In this document: in pieces, positions 35,093 to 47,216 of the stretch
How positions within the stretch are numbered: position 1 is the stretch's first letter
Layout: every line of letters begins with the position of its first letter
NCBI GenBank assembly: GCA_964435585.1
Contig: CAYSZT010000003.1
Coordinates: forward strand, 14,870-78,869
Direction: 5' to 3'
From: an uncultured Metamycoplasma sp.
GTDB lineage: Bacteria > Bacillota_I > Bacilli_A > Mycoplasmatales > Metamycoplasmataceae
Length of the DNA: 64,000 nt
The notes under the pieces: model-generated
The model's database searches: none
Told to the model about the DNA's origin: nothing
Seen by the model: the letters and a program-made list of their open reading frames with translations, nothing else
Made by a program: the position numbers and the translations under genes

Positions 35093-35935
35093 TTAATCTT
35101 CTTTTTTTGAAAAATATTTTTTTGTTTTTTCGATATCCTCATTACTTATTTGGTCAAATCTTTGATTCGTAATTATTCTTTCAATATCTAATATTTGTAT
35201 CTTTGTCTTTTGGTCGAAGATATTTTTTTTGCTATCAAAATTAATTAGCTCATACTTAATATCTTTATCGATCGAAAAATTAATTATTCCATGATATCAA
35301 TAATCATCAATAAGGATTTTAAAAAAATAATTACCAGTATGAGGTTGTTGAACTATTTGCTCTCATCTCATTTTTCCTTCAATTACAGAGACGTCAAAAA
35401 TTAATGGATTAACAAGAAGATTTTTAATAAGATTATATTCACCGAATTCATGCATTTGTTTTATATCTGAAGAAGAAATTTTGACTCCCTCGATTTTTAA
35501 AAGATCTATAACCTCAACATTTGCTTTGGAAATATTTTTAATGTCCTTAGCTGAGCAGGATCTATTCTTACCAAATTTAAAATCATGGCCAACAATATAG
35601 TTTTCAACGTTAAAGTTATTGTCAATGTAATTGATAAAGTCCTTGCCTTCAATGCATTTAAATTCAAAATCAAATTTAGCCACTAAAACAAAATTAAACC
35701 CAATATTGGCAAGATTAGTTAATTTGTTTTCGAGAGTTTGCAATTGAATCTTGTCTTCTTTAATAATTAAAAGAATTCCAATATCGTTATTTCCTGAAAT
35801 TGATTTAGCTTTTTCAAAAAGTTGATAATGACCTCTATGAAAAAGTTCAAACTCACCTAGCAAAAGTGTAGATTTATTTTTAGAAAATTCCTTGCTATTG
35901 ATTTTCTTTTTAATATCGAATTTGTATACATCCAT
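35093..35935 (-). CDS. ribF: FAD synthetase / riboflavin kinase-like RibF (divergent kinase half)
   Basis: Track ORF 35363..35935 extends across TGA to the TAA at 35093..35095. LLGEFELFHRGHYQL is the nucleotidyltransferase motif. It sits downstream of truB, as in many bacteria. Confidence 0.75.
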
Positions 35936-35937
35936 TT

Positions 35938-36753
35938 TTAAATGATTCCTATTTTTTTGAGATAAAACAGTGTTCCAAATTTTTCGACACTAATTGTTGT
36001 ATCATCAGCTATTTTTTTAAGTTGTTCTGTTGCATTATCCATCGCAACACCAAGACCGACTTCTTTTATCATTTCAGTATCATTTTCACCATCGCCAAAA
36101 GCAATTACTTCTTTAATTGTGAATCCTAAATATTCGGTCAATTTTTTTAATGTAGATGCTTTATTAATTCCTCTATTTGCAACAAACATTCCATTTGGTC
36201 AATATGATTGAACTTGTAATTCTGAATTATTTAATTCAAAATATCTTCTTGATATGTTAACGATATCTGAATTTGTCCTTGTCTCGACAGTTATTAAATG
36301 AAAGAACCCCTTATCAATTTCTTTTTCAGCACTATCGAGATTTTTGAATTTATGACTAAATTCCTCTCAGAATCACGGTTCTTTTCTTTCTTTAACTATT
36401 TGAATATAAGCATTTTTATCATCTGATAAAACAACAGTTTTAATACCTTGTAAATTTTCTTGCAAAACTTCTTTATTGTATTTTTTGAATTCCTCGAAAT
36501 CAATAAATGAATTAAAAATATATTTTTTGTTTTTAATATCATAAATAAATGAACCATTTGCACCAATAAAATAATCAATATTTTCTGTTTGATATAAATT
36601 AGCAATTGATACAAAATCTCTACCTGTTACTAAGGCTGTGATAAGCCCTTTATTTTTTAGTTCTTTCATCATTTGTTTTATTTCATTAGGAAATTCATTT
36701 TTTGAATGAGGAATCAGTGTTCCATCAATATCAAAAGCAACTAACTTATACAT
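35938..36753 (-). CDS. Cof-type HAD-IIB phosphatase
   Basis: Track ORFs 35938..36189 and 36373..36753 share a frame and join across TGA. VAFDIDGT, ...TGR, FGDGENDTEM. Confidence 0.85.
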
Positions 36754-37670
36754 TATTTCTCCTTATTTAAGATACTAGTAATCTTATTTCCGAATAAATT
36801 AATATAATTTATTCTTTCTTCTTTTAATTCTACAATACCAATAATTTTTTCTTTAAATACTAATTGATATACTCCATCTTTACCTTTATAAGTCTTTATT
36901 TTTCCATTAAATCAATTTTGTAATTCACTAATATTTTTTATCTCAATTTTATTTAATTTAATTAATTCAGATGCCTTAACCTCTCTAATTTTATTTATTC
37001 CACTAATCATAGTTCTTTCTAGAAATTTCATGTATGCTCCAGTTTTGAGTTTAATACCTAAATCATTAACTAAAGATCTTATGTAGGTACCGTTTGAAAC
37101 TAGGGCATTAAATTCAACGAGAGGATATTCATATTTAATATCTGTTATAGAAAATATTTCTACCTCTATTTCTTTGAGTTTAAATTCAACATCCTCTCTA
37201 GCAAGTTCATAAGCTCTTTTCCCTTTTATTTTTTTAGCGCTAAAAGAAGGAGGGGTTTGTTTTATCTTTCCAATGAAGGAATTTAATACATCTTCAATTT
37301 CTTTTTTTGTGGGAATTGAATCGGAATAGAATTCAATAGGACCTTCTGAATCAAAAGTTTTTGAAGTATAACCTATTTTAGCAATGACTTTATATTCTTT
37401 GTTTTTGTTTTCAATGTAGTTAATTAATTTTGTATCCTCTTCAGTTGCAATTAATAATAAACCTTGAGCCAAAACATCAAGTGTTCCAGTGTGTCCGATT
37501 TTGTTAATATTGTTTTCTCTTTTGAAATTGATAATGGCTTTTGAAGAGCTCAAACCTTTTTCTTTATAAATAGTTTTAAACATACAATTGGTAATTCCAC
37601 TTTTAGGTGGTATTTCAAGTATAACAAGTTTTTTATTGATGTTATCTACGATTTGATTCTTATATAACAT
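36753..37670 (-). CDS. truB: tRNA pseudouridine-55 synthase TruB
   Basis: Track ORF 36912..37670 extends across TGA to the TAA at 36753..36755 (checked codon by codon), overlapping the HAD ATG as TAATG. GHTGTLD catalytic motif. Confidence 0.9.
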
Positions 37671-37764
37671 TCTTCATCAATAAATGGATGTTTTGCAAGA
37701 TATTTTCAAGATAGAAATAAGCAATAAAAAATGATAAAAATTTTTATGATACACTAGGTTAAGT

Positions 37765-37773
37765 TGTTATAAT
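37765..37773 (+). promoter_or_regulatory. extended -10 (TGtTATAAT) for the rpsL-rpsG-fusA operon
   Basis: tgttataat lies 67 nt upstream of the rpsL ATG. Confidence 0.45.
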
Positions 37774-37839
37774 AGTATTGCTTTTAAAGCAATAATTAAT
37801 TATATATAAATTTAAAGTTAAATTTAGTGAAAGGAAAAA

Positions 37840-38256
37840 ATGCCTACAATTAATCAATTAGTTAATCAAAGCAGACAAGACAAAGTTCGTAAACAAAATG
37901 CTCCTGCTTTATCTGTAAATTTCAACTCATTACAGAAAAAATATACAAATATTCACGCTCCATTTAAAAGGGGTGTATGTACAAGGGTTGCAACAATGAC
38001 TCCTAAAAAACCTAACTCTGCTCTACGTAAATATGCAAGGGTTAAGTTATCAAATGGAATGGAAGTTACAGCCTACATTCCTGGTGAAGGACACAACTTA
38101 CAAGAACACTCTGTTGTTTTAATTAGAGGTGGTAGAGTTAAGGATTTACCTGGGGTTAGATACACAATTGTTAGAGGTACTCAAGACTTAGCTGGTGTAA
38201 ACAACAGAAAACAAGCAAGATCAAGATATGGTGCTAAAAAACCTAAAAAAGCTTAA
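37840..38256 (+). CDS. rpsL: 30S ribosomal protein S12
   Basis: MPTINQLV...[14 protein letters not shown]... Confidence 0.98.
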   Translation: MPTINQLVNQSRQDKVRKQNAPALSVNFNSLQKKYTNIHAPFKRGVCTRVATMTPKKPNSALRKYARVKLSNGMEVTAYIPGEGHNLQEHSVVLIRGGRVKDLPGVRYTIVRGTQDLAGVNNRKQARSRYGAKKPKKA

Positions 38257-38283
38257 TTAAATTAGAAGTGTAAGGAGAATATT

Positions 38284-38754
38284 ATGTCAAGAAAAAGAAA
38301 AGCCCCTATAAGAGAAGTTTTATCTGATCCAATATTTAACTCAAAAATAGTTACAAAACTTATTAATACAATCATGCTTGATGGAAAAAAATCAACAGCT
38401 GAAAGAATTTTGTATTCAGCTTTTGAAATTGTTAAAGAAAAAACTGGCGAAGATCCATTAATTGTTTTCCAAAAGGCTGTTGAAAATGTAACACCTCTAT
38501 TAGAAGTAAGAACAAGAAGAATCGGGGGAACAAACTACCAAGTTCCTTCTGAGGTTTCTGCAAGAAGAAAACAAACATTAGCTTTAAGATGAATAATTAA
38601 TTATGCAAGAATAAGAACTGAAAAAACAATGGATGTTAAATTAGCAAATGAAATAATTGACGCTTCAAAAGGTACAGGTGGAGCTGTTAAGAAAAAAGAA
38701 GACACACACAAAATGGCAGAAGCAAACAGAGCATTTGCACACTTTAGATGATAG
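38284..38754 (+). CDS. rpsG: 30S ribosomal protein S7
   Basis: Track ORF 38284..38592 continues across TGA. It ends ...AFAHFRW with the TAG at 38752..38754. Confidence 0.97.
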
Positions 38755-38766
38755 GTTGTGATTAAT

Positions 38767-40848
38767 ATGGCAAGAAAGTATAAATTAGAAGATTATAGAA
38801 ATATTGGAATTATGGCTCATATTGATGCTGGTAAAACAACAACAACTGAGCGTATTCTGTTGCACACTAAAAAAATTCATAAAATTGGTGAAACACATGA
38901 TGGTGAATCACAAATGGATTTCATGGAACAAGAAAAAGAAAGAGGTATAACAATTACTTCTGCTGCCACATCAGCATTCTGAAAAGGTAAAAGAATAAAC
39001 ATTATCGATACTCCGGGTCACGTAGACTTTACAGTAGAGGTTGAACGTTCACTTAGAGTTTTAGATGGAGCTGTAGCAGTACTTGACGCACAATCAGGAG
39101 TTGAACCTCAAACAGAAACAGTTTGAAGACAGGCAACCAACTATAAAGTTCCAAGAATTGTTTTCGTTAATAAAATGGATAAAGCAGGTGCTGACTTTGA
39201 AAAAGCCGTTATCTCAGTTAGAAAACTATTAGGTGGTAACTGTGTTCCTATTCAATGAAATATTGGTTCAGAGAACCACTACACAGGTCATATTGATTTA
39301 GTTGAAATGACTGCTTGAGAATTTGACGGTCAACCAGAAGAAAATGGAAAAGAAATTGCTATTCCTTCTCACTTAGAGGAATTAGCAAGAGCAAAAAGAC
39401 ATGAATTAATCGAGGCTGTTGCTGATTTTGATGAAGAACTAATGATGCAAGTTCTGGAAGGAAATATGGATATTCCAGCTGACCGTCTAAGACAAGCAAT
39501 TAGAAAAGCGACATTGACTTCAGAATTTTTCCCAGCTGTATGTGGAACAGCATTTAAAAACAAAGGTGTTAAAGCAATGATTGATGCCGTTGTTGATTAT
39601 TTACCTTCACCAGTTGATGTTCCTCCTATTGCTGCTCACCTTGACGACAAGACATTCGAGGTTCCATCAACAGATGATCATGATTTTGCGGCTCTAGCTT
39701 TTAAAATTATGAATGATCCATTTGTTGGTTCTTTAACATTCTTTAGAGTTTATGCTGGAGTTCTAGAAAAAGGAACATATGTTTACAACTCAACAAAAGG
39801 TGAAAAAGAGAGAATTGGACGTATTCTTGAAATGCACGCTAACCAGAGAGAAGAAATTGATGAGGTTAGAGCAGGGGACATTGCTGCTGCTGTTGGTCTA
39901 AAATCTACAACAACAGGTGATACATTGGTTGGTGAAAAATCACCTAAATTTGTTCTTGAAAAAATGCAATTCCCTGAACCAGTTATTTCTCAAGCTCTTG
40001 AACCATCTTCAAAAGCTGCGACAGAAAAACTTTCAATTGGTCTACAAAAATTAGCTGCAGAAGATCCTACATTTAGAACATATACAGATGAAGAAACAGG
40101 ACAAACAATTATTTCTGGTATGGGTGAATTACACCTTGAAATTATTGTTGACCGTTTAAAAAGAGAATTTGGTGTTGAAGCTACAGTAGGAGCTCCACAA
40201 GTTGCTTACCGTGAAACAATTACTAAATCAGCAGATGTTGAAGGAAAACATATTAAGCAATCTGGTGGTAAAGGTCAATACGGGCATGTATGAATAAAAT
40301 TTGAACCAAACAAAGATCAAGGATTTGAATTTGTTGATAAAATTGTTGGAGGTAAAATTCCAAAAGAATACATTAAATCAATTCAAAAAGGTCTTGAAGA
40401 AAAAATGCAAATGGGAGTTCTTGCAGGTTATCCAGTTATTGACTTAAAAGCAACTCTATTTGATGGATCATACCACGATGTCGATTCATCTGAAATGGCA
40501 TATAAAATAGCTGCTTCTAAGGCTCTAACAGCTGGTAAAGAATCGTTAGGATTTACTTTATTAGAACCTATCATGGATGTTTCGGTTATCGTTCCTGAAG
40601 ATTACTTTGGAGATATCATGGGAGATATTTCAAGACGTAGAGGGCAAATTAAGACAAATGAAACAAGACAGGATGGTGCTTCAGTTATTAAAGCTGATAT
40701 TCCTCTATCAGAGATGTTTGGTTATTCAACAGATCTAAGAACAATGACATCAGGTCGTGGTACTTATCAAATGCAATTTGATCACTATGAAAAAGCACCA
40801 AAAAATATAGCTGATGAAATTATTAAAAAAAGAAATATTAAAGAGTAA
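38767..40848 (+). CDS. fusA: elongation factor G
   Basis: ATG at 38767 (the track begins at the GTG at 38758). Three same-frame track ORFs join across [31 protein letters not shown]. Confidence 0.97.
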
Positions 40849-40868
40849 ACTTTAATTAGGGGTGATAT

Positions 40869-41498
40869 ATGTTATATACAGGAAATGAACAAGAGACACA
40901 ACATAACCCAAATATAAATAACAACTTACCAGAAGTTAAATGTTCAACAGGGGCCAAAGTAGGTTTTTGAATTTTAATCATTATTTCCATAGGTATATTT
41001 TACCTTTGAGTAATTTCAAGAAGAAATCAAATTAATAGAATGCAAGTTGAAATTAACGAAAAAGCATCAGGTATTGATGTTCAATTGCAAAAAAGATATG
41101 ACACATTAACAAAACTAGTTGATGCTGTTAAATCACAAATTAAATTCGACCAAGAAACATTGCAAAACATTACAGCAATGCGTTCAGGTTATAGAAATGC
41201 TTCTACTGTTGAAAAGGAAAATATTTTAAACAATGTTTCTAGACAAATTAATTTTGCCTTTGAAAATTATCCACAATTAGGAGCAGATTCATCAATTACT
41301 CAATTAATGAATGAGTCAGTGATGATTGAAAAGGAAATAGCAGCTTCAAGAAGACTATACAACTCAACAGTTACAGAATTTAACTCACTAATCTATACAT
41401 TCCCAACAACTGTTATTCTTTCAGGTAAAGGTTATAAAGGTATTCCTTTATTTGCTGCAGAAGCAAAATACAAACAAGATGTTAAATTAGAATTCTAA
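40869..41498 (+). CDS. lemA: LemA-family membrane protein
   Basis: ATG at 40869 with two TGA codons in the TM segment. Track ORF 41040..41498 shares the frame. QLQKRYDTLTKLVDAVK... and FPTTV... are LemA-like. Confidence 0.8.
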
Positions 41499-41511
41499 TC
41501 GTTAATCAATT

Positions 41512-43182
41512 ATGGCTAAGAATGACAATCACAAAACATATTTTGATGAGATATTTAAAGAAAAGATAGATAGAATTTATCAGGAATTTTCAAATGAATG
41601 AGATCAACAAAGTTTCATTAGTGATTTTGATTTAGCTCAACAAAGTGTTAGCAAAAATAAAAAAAATCTAAAGGGTAAATATAGTTTACCTTTTTTGGTT
41701 TTTTATGCAATTTTTGTCTTTCCTATATCAATTGCCCTTCTAATTTTTCCCGTATATTGAGCAATCAAATACTTTAGAAAAATATTAGCTGAAAGAAAAG
41801 TTTTTAAAAATAATTTAGATAATTCTTTTAATGAAAAGTTGGGTATTCAGCAACAAATTTTAACTTCAGATATTTTTGAAAAATATTATTTGAAAATAAA
41901 TGAATTACTTGAATACCAAAAAATAGGTCCTTTAACAAATGAATTAGTCACTCTATTAAAAGATCAATCATTATTTAATTTAAGTGTCGATCGGAATTCA
42001 AATCCTTGGGAATCTTCATGAGGAATTTACAAGAAAAACAAACTCATTTTGACTATGTCAAATCAATCTTTTGAAATGGTAAATGTTCGTTATACAGGAA
42101 GCATTAGTGTTTCATATAGAATCGGAGATAAAACTTACTATAAAACAATAACAGCTGAATACATTCATCCAGCGCCTTCAATTAAAAAACAAATTAAAAG
42201 ATTTTTATATACAAACAATTGTGCTAACTTAGTTTTTAATTATGGAGATAAATCAAAGTCTATCTTCTCTAAAAAAGTTAAAAGAGACCCATTAGAAAAC
42301 AAAGAATTTGATAAAAAATTTTCTTGATCAAGAAATGATGAAGTCCAATTTAGAATGATTTTTACCCCTTTAATGCAAGAAAGGTATTTAAATGAATATT
42401 ACGCAAACAATAAAAATCTTGGCGATGAAGATTTATATTTCAAAGAAGCTGATTATATTTCAAATGAATTTAAAGGTGCATGAACTGTAAGAAAATTGAA
42501 TTTAAAAGTTATTTCATTATTTCAAGATTTTTTCTTCAATCATGAAGCGAAAATAGAAGATTTTAAATTAGGTTATTTCAATATCTTATATGAATGATTT
42601 ATTAATCAATACAAACAAATGAAATATTTATATTTCATTCCTTTTGTTGAAAGTATTAACGACGTAAATCTAGTAAATAGAGCCCTAAGTATGCAGTTGA
42701 AAAATCAAGAATCTTTTGTTTTCTATATCATATCAACCATCATTGGGAAAAACATTTTCAAGATAGATGTTGAACCATTTTTTAGAATAATTTCAACATC
42801 AAATAAAAATGGAATCGAATGTGCTCAAGTTCAAATAGTCACATTTAGGAAGGTTCAAAAAACTAAATATGTTTTTAGTGAAGGTCATAGTGTTCCTGTT
42901 GATTATATTGACTATCAAAAAGCAATCAAGGAAGTTTCCATTTATTATTCATTTACAAATAGAAATGCTTTCTATCGCCCATTTGTTCATGGTAAAAACT
43001 TTTTAAGTAATTGTAGAAATATTACAAATGATGTTTTAAACGTTCTGAATGAGACAAAAGATAAAACCGATCGTGATATTTTAATTCAAGATGGTTTTAT
43101 TGTTGCTTACGAAGTTGATGGAACGTTAAGCAACGAACTTTTAATGGAAAAAATTAAAGAAGTAAAAGGAAAAATAAATTAA
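41512..43182 (+). CDS. hypothetical membrane-anchored protein (556 aa) downstream of lemA
   Basis: Track ORFs 41839.., 42049.. and 42619.. share the frame of the ATG at 41512. I translated all the gaps and they are open. There is one hydrophobic hairpin (LPFLVFYAIFVFPISIALLIFPVYW). Confidence 0.65.
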
Positions 43183-43565
43183 ACAGTTTTTATTAATTTT
43201 GCAATCATTAACGCGCACTCTTTTCTATTTAAATGCTTGCTCACGTTTTCATAGATATTTAATTTACCTAATAATTTTTTTTCGTCTTCGCTTACACTTT
43301 TTTTCTCAACTAACCTTGTATAAGCATCAATTAATTTATTTTTGTTCCCAAACCCAATTTCACTTAATTTTTCAATAAATATTTCTACAGACGATAAAAA
43401 AATAGCACACCCTTGAGCAACAACTTTAATGTCGTTATTTTTTTTGTTGATATATAAATTTATTTCATCTACACAAGAAGATGAGTGCAAATAATATTTT
43501 TCATAATTTGGATCATCAAATTTATCAACCCTAATTCTTGGATTCAAATAATAGTCCATTATCAT
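43179..43565 (-). CDS. sufU: SufU/IscU-type Fe-S cluster scaffold
   Basis: MIMDYYLNPR..., Cys residues at ...SSSCVDE..., ...AQGCAIF... and ...RKECAL.... I chose the start at 43565, downstream of the sufS stop (43585). The ATG at 43559 is an alternative. Confidence 0.8.
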   Translation of the reverse strand: MIMDYYLNPRIRVDKFDDPNYEKYYLHSSSCVDEINLYINKKNNDIKVVAQGCAIFLSSVEIFIEKLSEIGFGNKNKLIDAYTRLVEKKSVSEDEKKLLGKLNIYENVSKHLNRKECALMIAKLIKTV

Positions 43566-43584
43566 TTCTCTTTTTTCATCTTCA

Positions 43585-44742
43585 CTATACAAAATCAAGA
43601 AAATCACCACCTTCTTTTAATGCCTTAACTAATTTATCGATATCAGTTTTATTATTATAAACATGCAATGAAACTCTAACAAGTGGGTTTTCAACAATGT
43701 GTTTTAAATATTGAGCGCAAAAGAAACCACTTCTAACGTAAATATTTTTATGACCCAAATAAGAAGCGATATCCTGAGATGTTGTATTTTTGATTTCCAA
43801 AAGAATTATTGAATCACCTTTTTTAGAGTGGATTTTTATATCCTTTATTTTTGATAATTTTTCATACGCATATTCACTAAGTTCTTTTAAATATTTTTTA
43901 AGCTCTTTTAAATTAATTGATTTAAAAAATTTCACAGCTTCATAAAAGCCAAAAATACCAGCAAGATTTAATGTGCCAGGTTCATGCTTTGCTATTGAGT
44001 CTTTGGCTTTTCATTTACCATCTTTGTCAATGTAATCTAAAGCACCACCACCATATTTTTTAGCATTTACTTTACTTAACATTTCTTTAGAGACATATAG
44101 AATACCTAATCCAGTAGGACCGAATAATTTGTTTGAACTAAAGGCAAGCACATCACAATCTTTAGCATTAACTTTTTCATGGCTTATTGCTTGAGCAGCA
44201 TCGTTAACAATTATAGCTCCACTTTTATATGCCTTTTCCCTTATTTTTTTAATGTCGCTTTTAATATTGAATGTATTGTTAACTTGAGTATATGCAATAA
44301 TTTTTGTTTTGCTATTTATATCTTTTAAAATATCATCAGAAAAGATAACCTTGGCACCCTTTTCTTTAGCAAGCTCAATCCATGGAATCATATGCGATGA
44401 GTGATTATATTTGGAAACAATTATCTCATCATTTTTTTTTAATAGCTGCCCTAAAAGTTGAGCGCTGTAGTTTAGTCCTTCTGTTGTTCCTGAATTAAAC
44501 ATTATTTCTTCTGGAAGAGCGTTGATAAGGGAAGCGATTAACTTTCTTGTTTCCTCAATTTTTTGATTTATTAGAATCCCAATCTCTGTATCACTTGTTC
44601 TATTAGATATTGAATATTTAGTATAAAAATCATTAACAGCATTAATAACTTGTTTTGGTTTTTGGACCAGAGCTCCACTATCTAAATAAACAATATTATT
44701 ATTTTTTAGCATTGGGAACATATCACGCATTTTTTTATTCAT
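43585..44742 (-). CDS. sufS: cysteine desulfurase (class V aminotransferase, SufS/NifS-like)
   Basis: Track ORFs 43585..43935 and 44011..44742 share a frame and join across TGA. ...AFSSNKLFGPTGLG (PLP-Lys region), ...SGFFCAQ. Confidence 0.9.
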
Positions 44743-44758
44743 TTTGTCCCTTTCTAAG

Positions 44759-45466
44759 TCAAGCTAGATATTCTATGTTTTTACTTTTGTTACCTGTTAT
44801 GGGTGATTCGATTACATTAATAAAATCAAAACCTAAATTTATAGAATAATTTTTAACATCATTAATTATACTATTATGGTGCTTTAAATTTACATAGCCA
44901 CCTTCTTCAACAAATTCAGAAGGTGATTCAAACTGAGGTTTTATTAAAATTACAATATTATTTTGTTTTGCCAATATATTTTCTTTAGCTAAAACATCTA
45001 ATAATCTCTTACAACTAATAAACGAAACATCGCAACAAACAAAATCTATTTTTTCATTAAATATAGATTCTTCAATGTTTTTCAAATTAGTATTTTCATA
45101 GGTTATAACTTTAGGATTGGATCTGATTTTAAAATCTAATTGATTTGTTCCAGAGTCTAAAGCATAAATTTTTTCGGCATCATTTTCAATTAATACTTGA
45201 GTAAAACCGCCTGTTGATGATCCGACATCAAGACATGTTTTATTTTTCACATCAATATTGAATTTATTTAATGCTTCTAATAACTTGTATGCACCACGGC
45301 TGACGTATTTCTTAGATTCTTTTATTTTTATTAAGTCACTATCATTTATTTTTGTTGAAGAAGTGATAACTATTTCATTATTAATCATCACTTTACCAGC
45401 CATAATAATAGCTTGTGCCTCTTTTTTATCAAAACCCCGGGATATTAATTTTTCAAGCAAAGTCAT
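44759..45466 (-). CDS. tlyA: TlyA-family rRNA 2-prime-O-methyltransferase (S4 domain plus FtsJ fold)
   Basis: YVSRGAYKLLEAL, CLDVGSSTGGFTQVL. Confidence 0.88.
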   Translation of the reverse strand: MTLLEKLISRGFDKKEAQAIIMAGKVMINNEIVITSSTKINDSDLIKIKESKKYVSRGAYKLLEALNKFNIDVKNKTCLDVGSSTGGFTQVLIENDAEKIYALDSGTNQLDFKIRSNPKVITYENTNLKNIEESIFNEKIDFVCCDVSFISCKRLLDVLAKENILAKQNNIVILIKPQFESPSEFVEEGGYVNLKHHNSIINDVKNYSINLGFDFINVIESPITGNKSKNIEYLA

Positions 45467-45918
45467 TATATTAAATCAAGAACCCTTCTTACGTAAATAT
45501 TGAAGTCTTTATTTTTTGTTGCAAGCATTGAATTCATTCAACTATTATAGTTTTTACTTTTGATTTCATTTAGCTCATTAAAGTTATCATAGGTATAAAT
45601 TGATAATTCTCTTGTCTTCTTTTTTAGAAACAATTTCTGATTTCATAAGTAATAAGCAAAAACACCAAATGAAGCCCAATCACAAGCGTCGAATGGTTTT
45701 GTGAACGTTAAACCACATTTTGAATAAAATATTGATCAATCTCTAGCACTTCTATTTTTTATCAATTCTCTTTCAAGCTCAAACAATTCGCTAAAAACAA
45801 GGTTAGTATCAAAAATTAAGGCCACATTAGATAAAAAAAGATTTGTTTCCTTTGATAGCTTATTCTTTCTAATTGCTTTTTTTATTTCTTTAATTTTTTT
45901 TCTGTTTGATTTGCTCAT
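45466..45918 (-). CDS. hypothetical protein (150 aa) between nusB and tlyA
   Basis: Track ORF 45736..45918 extends across several TGA codons to the TAA at 45466..45468 (checked codon by codon), overlapping the tlyA ATG as TAATG. I recognise no family. Confidence 0.5.
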
Positions 45919-46363
45919 ATTGATGTCCTATTTTTTGAATTACTATATTTATAAATTTATAACTTTTCTCATCTGGTATTAAATCTTTTGCTATCTCTAC
46001 ATATTCATTTGTAACAATACCTATATCAAGTTTTCAAAGTTCTGCTGAAGCGCATAATAAAATAGACCTAACTAGTGGACTCATCCTTTCTCAAGATCAA
46101 TCATCTCTTGTATTTGAAATAATCAGTTTTTTAAATAGTTCATAATTTTTTTCAATGACACTAATTATTTGTAATTGTTCATTGTAGACACCATTTTTAT
46201 CTTTTGTGCCAAGTTTTTTATAATCAAATAAATCATTAAATACATCAGATTCAAATATCTCTTTTGCATCAATTTTTTTAATTAATAATTCGCATTCATA
46301 AATAACTGAGACAATCATCATTCTCATCTGTCTTCTATTAGAATATGCATATCTATTTTCCAT
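45890..46363 (-). CDS. nusB: transcription antitermination factor NusB
   Basis: Track ORF 46097..46363 extends across TGA to the TAA at 45890..45892. WSWERMSPLVRSILLCASAELW....VTNEYVEIAK......KFINIVIQKI fits the NusB C-terminal pattern. Confidence 0.78.
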
Positions 46364-46382
46364 ATTTAATTATTATATATAA

Positions 46383-47216
46383 TTATTTATCGACAAACTT
46401 ACCATCTTTTTTTCATCTCTCAAGTAATTCGATGTATTGCTGTTCATCTTCACATTTTAAATATTCAATCAAGTCCGCATCTTTTGAGTCGTTTCATTTT
46501 GGGCTAATGCCAGATTCTGTATGTTCATAATATCATTCTTTTATTTTTTTTATATCATCATAAACTTGCTCTTTATTAACAAGAAATTTATAATTTTTTA
46601 GTTTTCTTTTTCGAATCGGATAATCACTTGGGTTAAGATAGTCTTCATCCTTTAGGAATGTTGCAACAATTCAAAATTTATCAACGCCCATTAATCATGA
46701 ATAAATTTGAGCCTGCTTTAAGTAACCAACAGGGATGTTATTTTCTTCTCACTTTCCATAATTTTTTTCACCTGTTGTTTTTATTTCGATAATGATTTTA
46801 TCTCTTTCAATAAAACCATCAGGAATCCCGCCAATGATATCATCCTTGTCTTTAAAAAAATCATAGTCATATTTTTCGGGCTGATAAGTTGTAACGCTTG
46901 TTTTTAGAACTGATTCAAGAGCAGAAATAACCATTGGCTCGATTGCAATACCTGCATCAACATATTTTCTATCAAGAACAGGAAGACCACATCACGCCAT
47001 ACGACAAAAAGCAGCAAATTGAGATTTAAAATCGTCAACCTCTAAAACATCTCCTACCGAAGAACCACCTATCTTTTTAAAACCGAATTTTCCTCATAAA
47101 GTTTTTTTAAGTAGCTTTTCGTGGAATTCCTTATTTAGAATTAGTTTCTTGTTTTCAAAATCTAATTTGTAGTCTTTGTTATTATAAAAATGTCTTTTTG
47201 GAATGTTGTTAATCAT
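46383..47216 (-). CDS. YqaJ-like PD-(D/E)XK exonuclease-family protein (277 aa)
   Basis: ATG at 47216. The frame of track ORF 46749..46934 extends in both directions (checked, no TAA/TAG). GGSSVGDVL..., GIAIEP..., GIPDGFIERDKIIIEIKT resemble the YqaJ/lambda-exonuclease core (D...E.K). Confidence 0.6.

Noticed and set aside
36396-36614. A 72-aa alternative-frame minus ORF inside the HAD phosphatase gene.
   Set aside because: It overlaps the conserved HAD frame (DIDGT...GDGEND motifs) out of frame, and its sequence is low-complexity.
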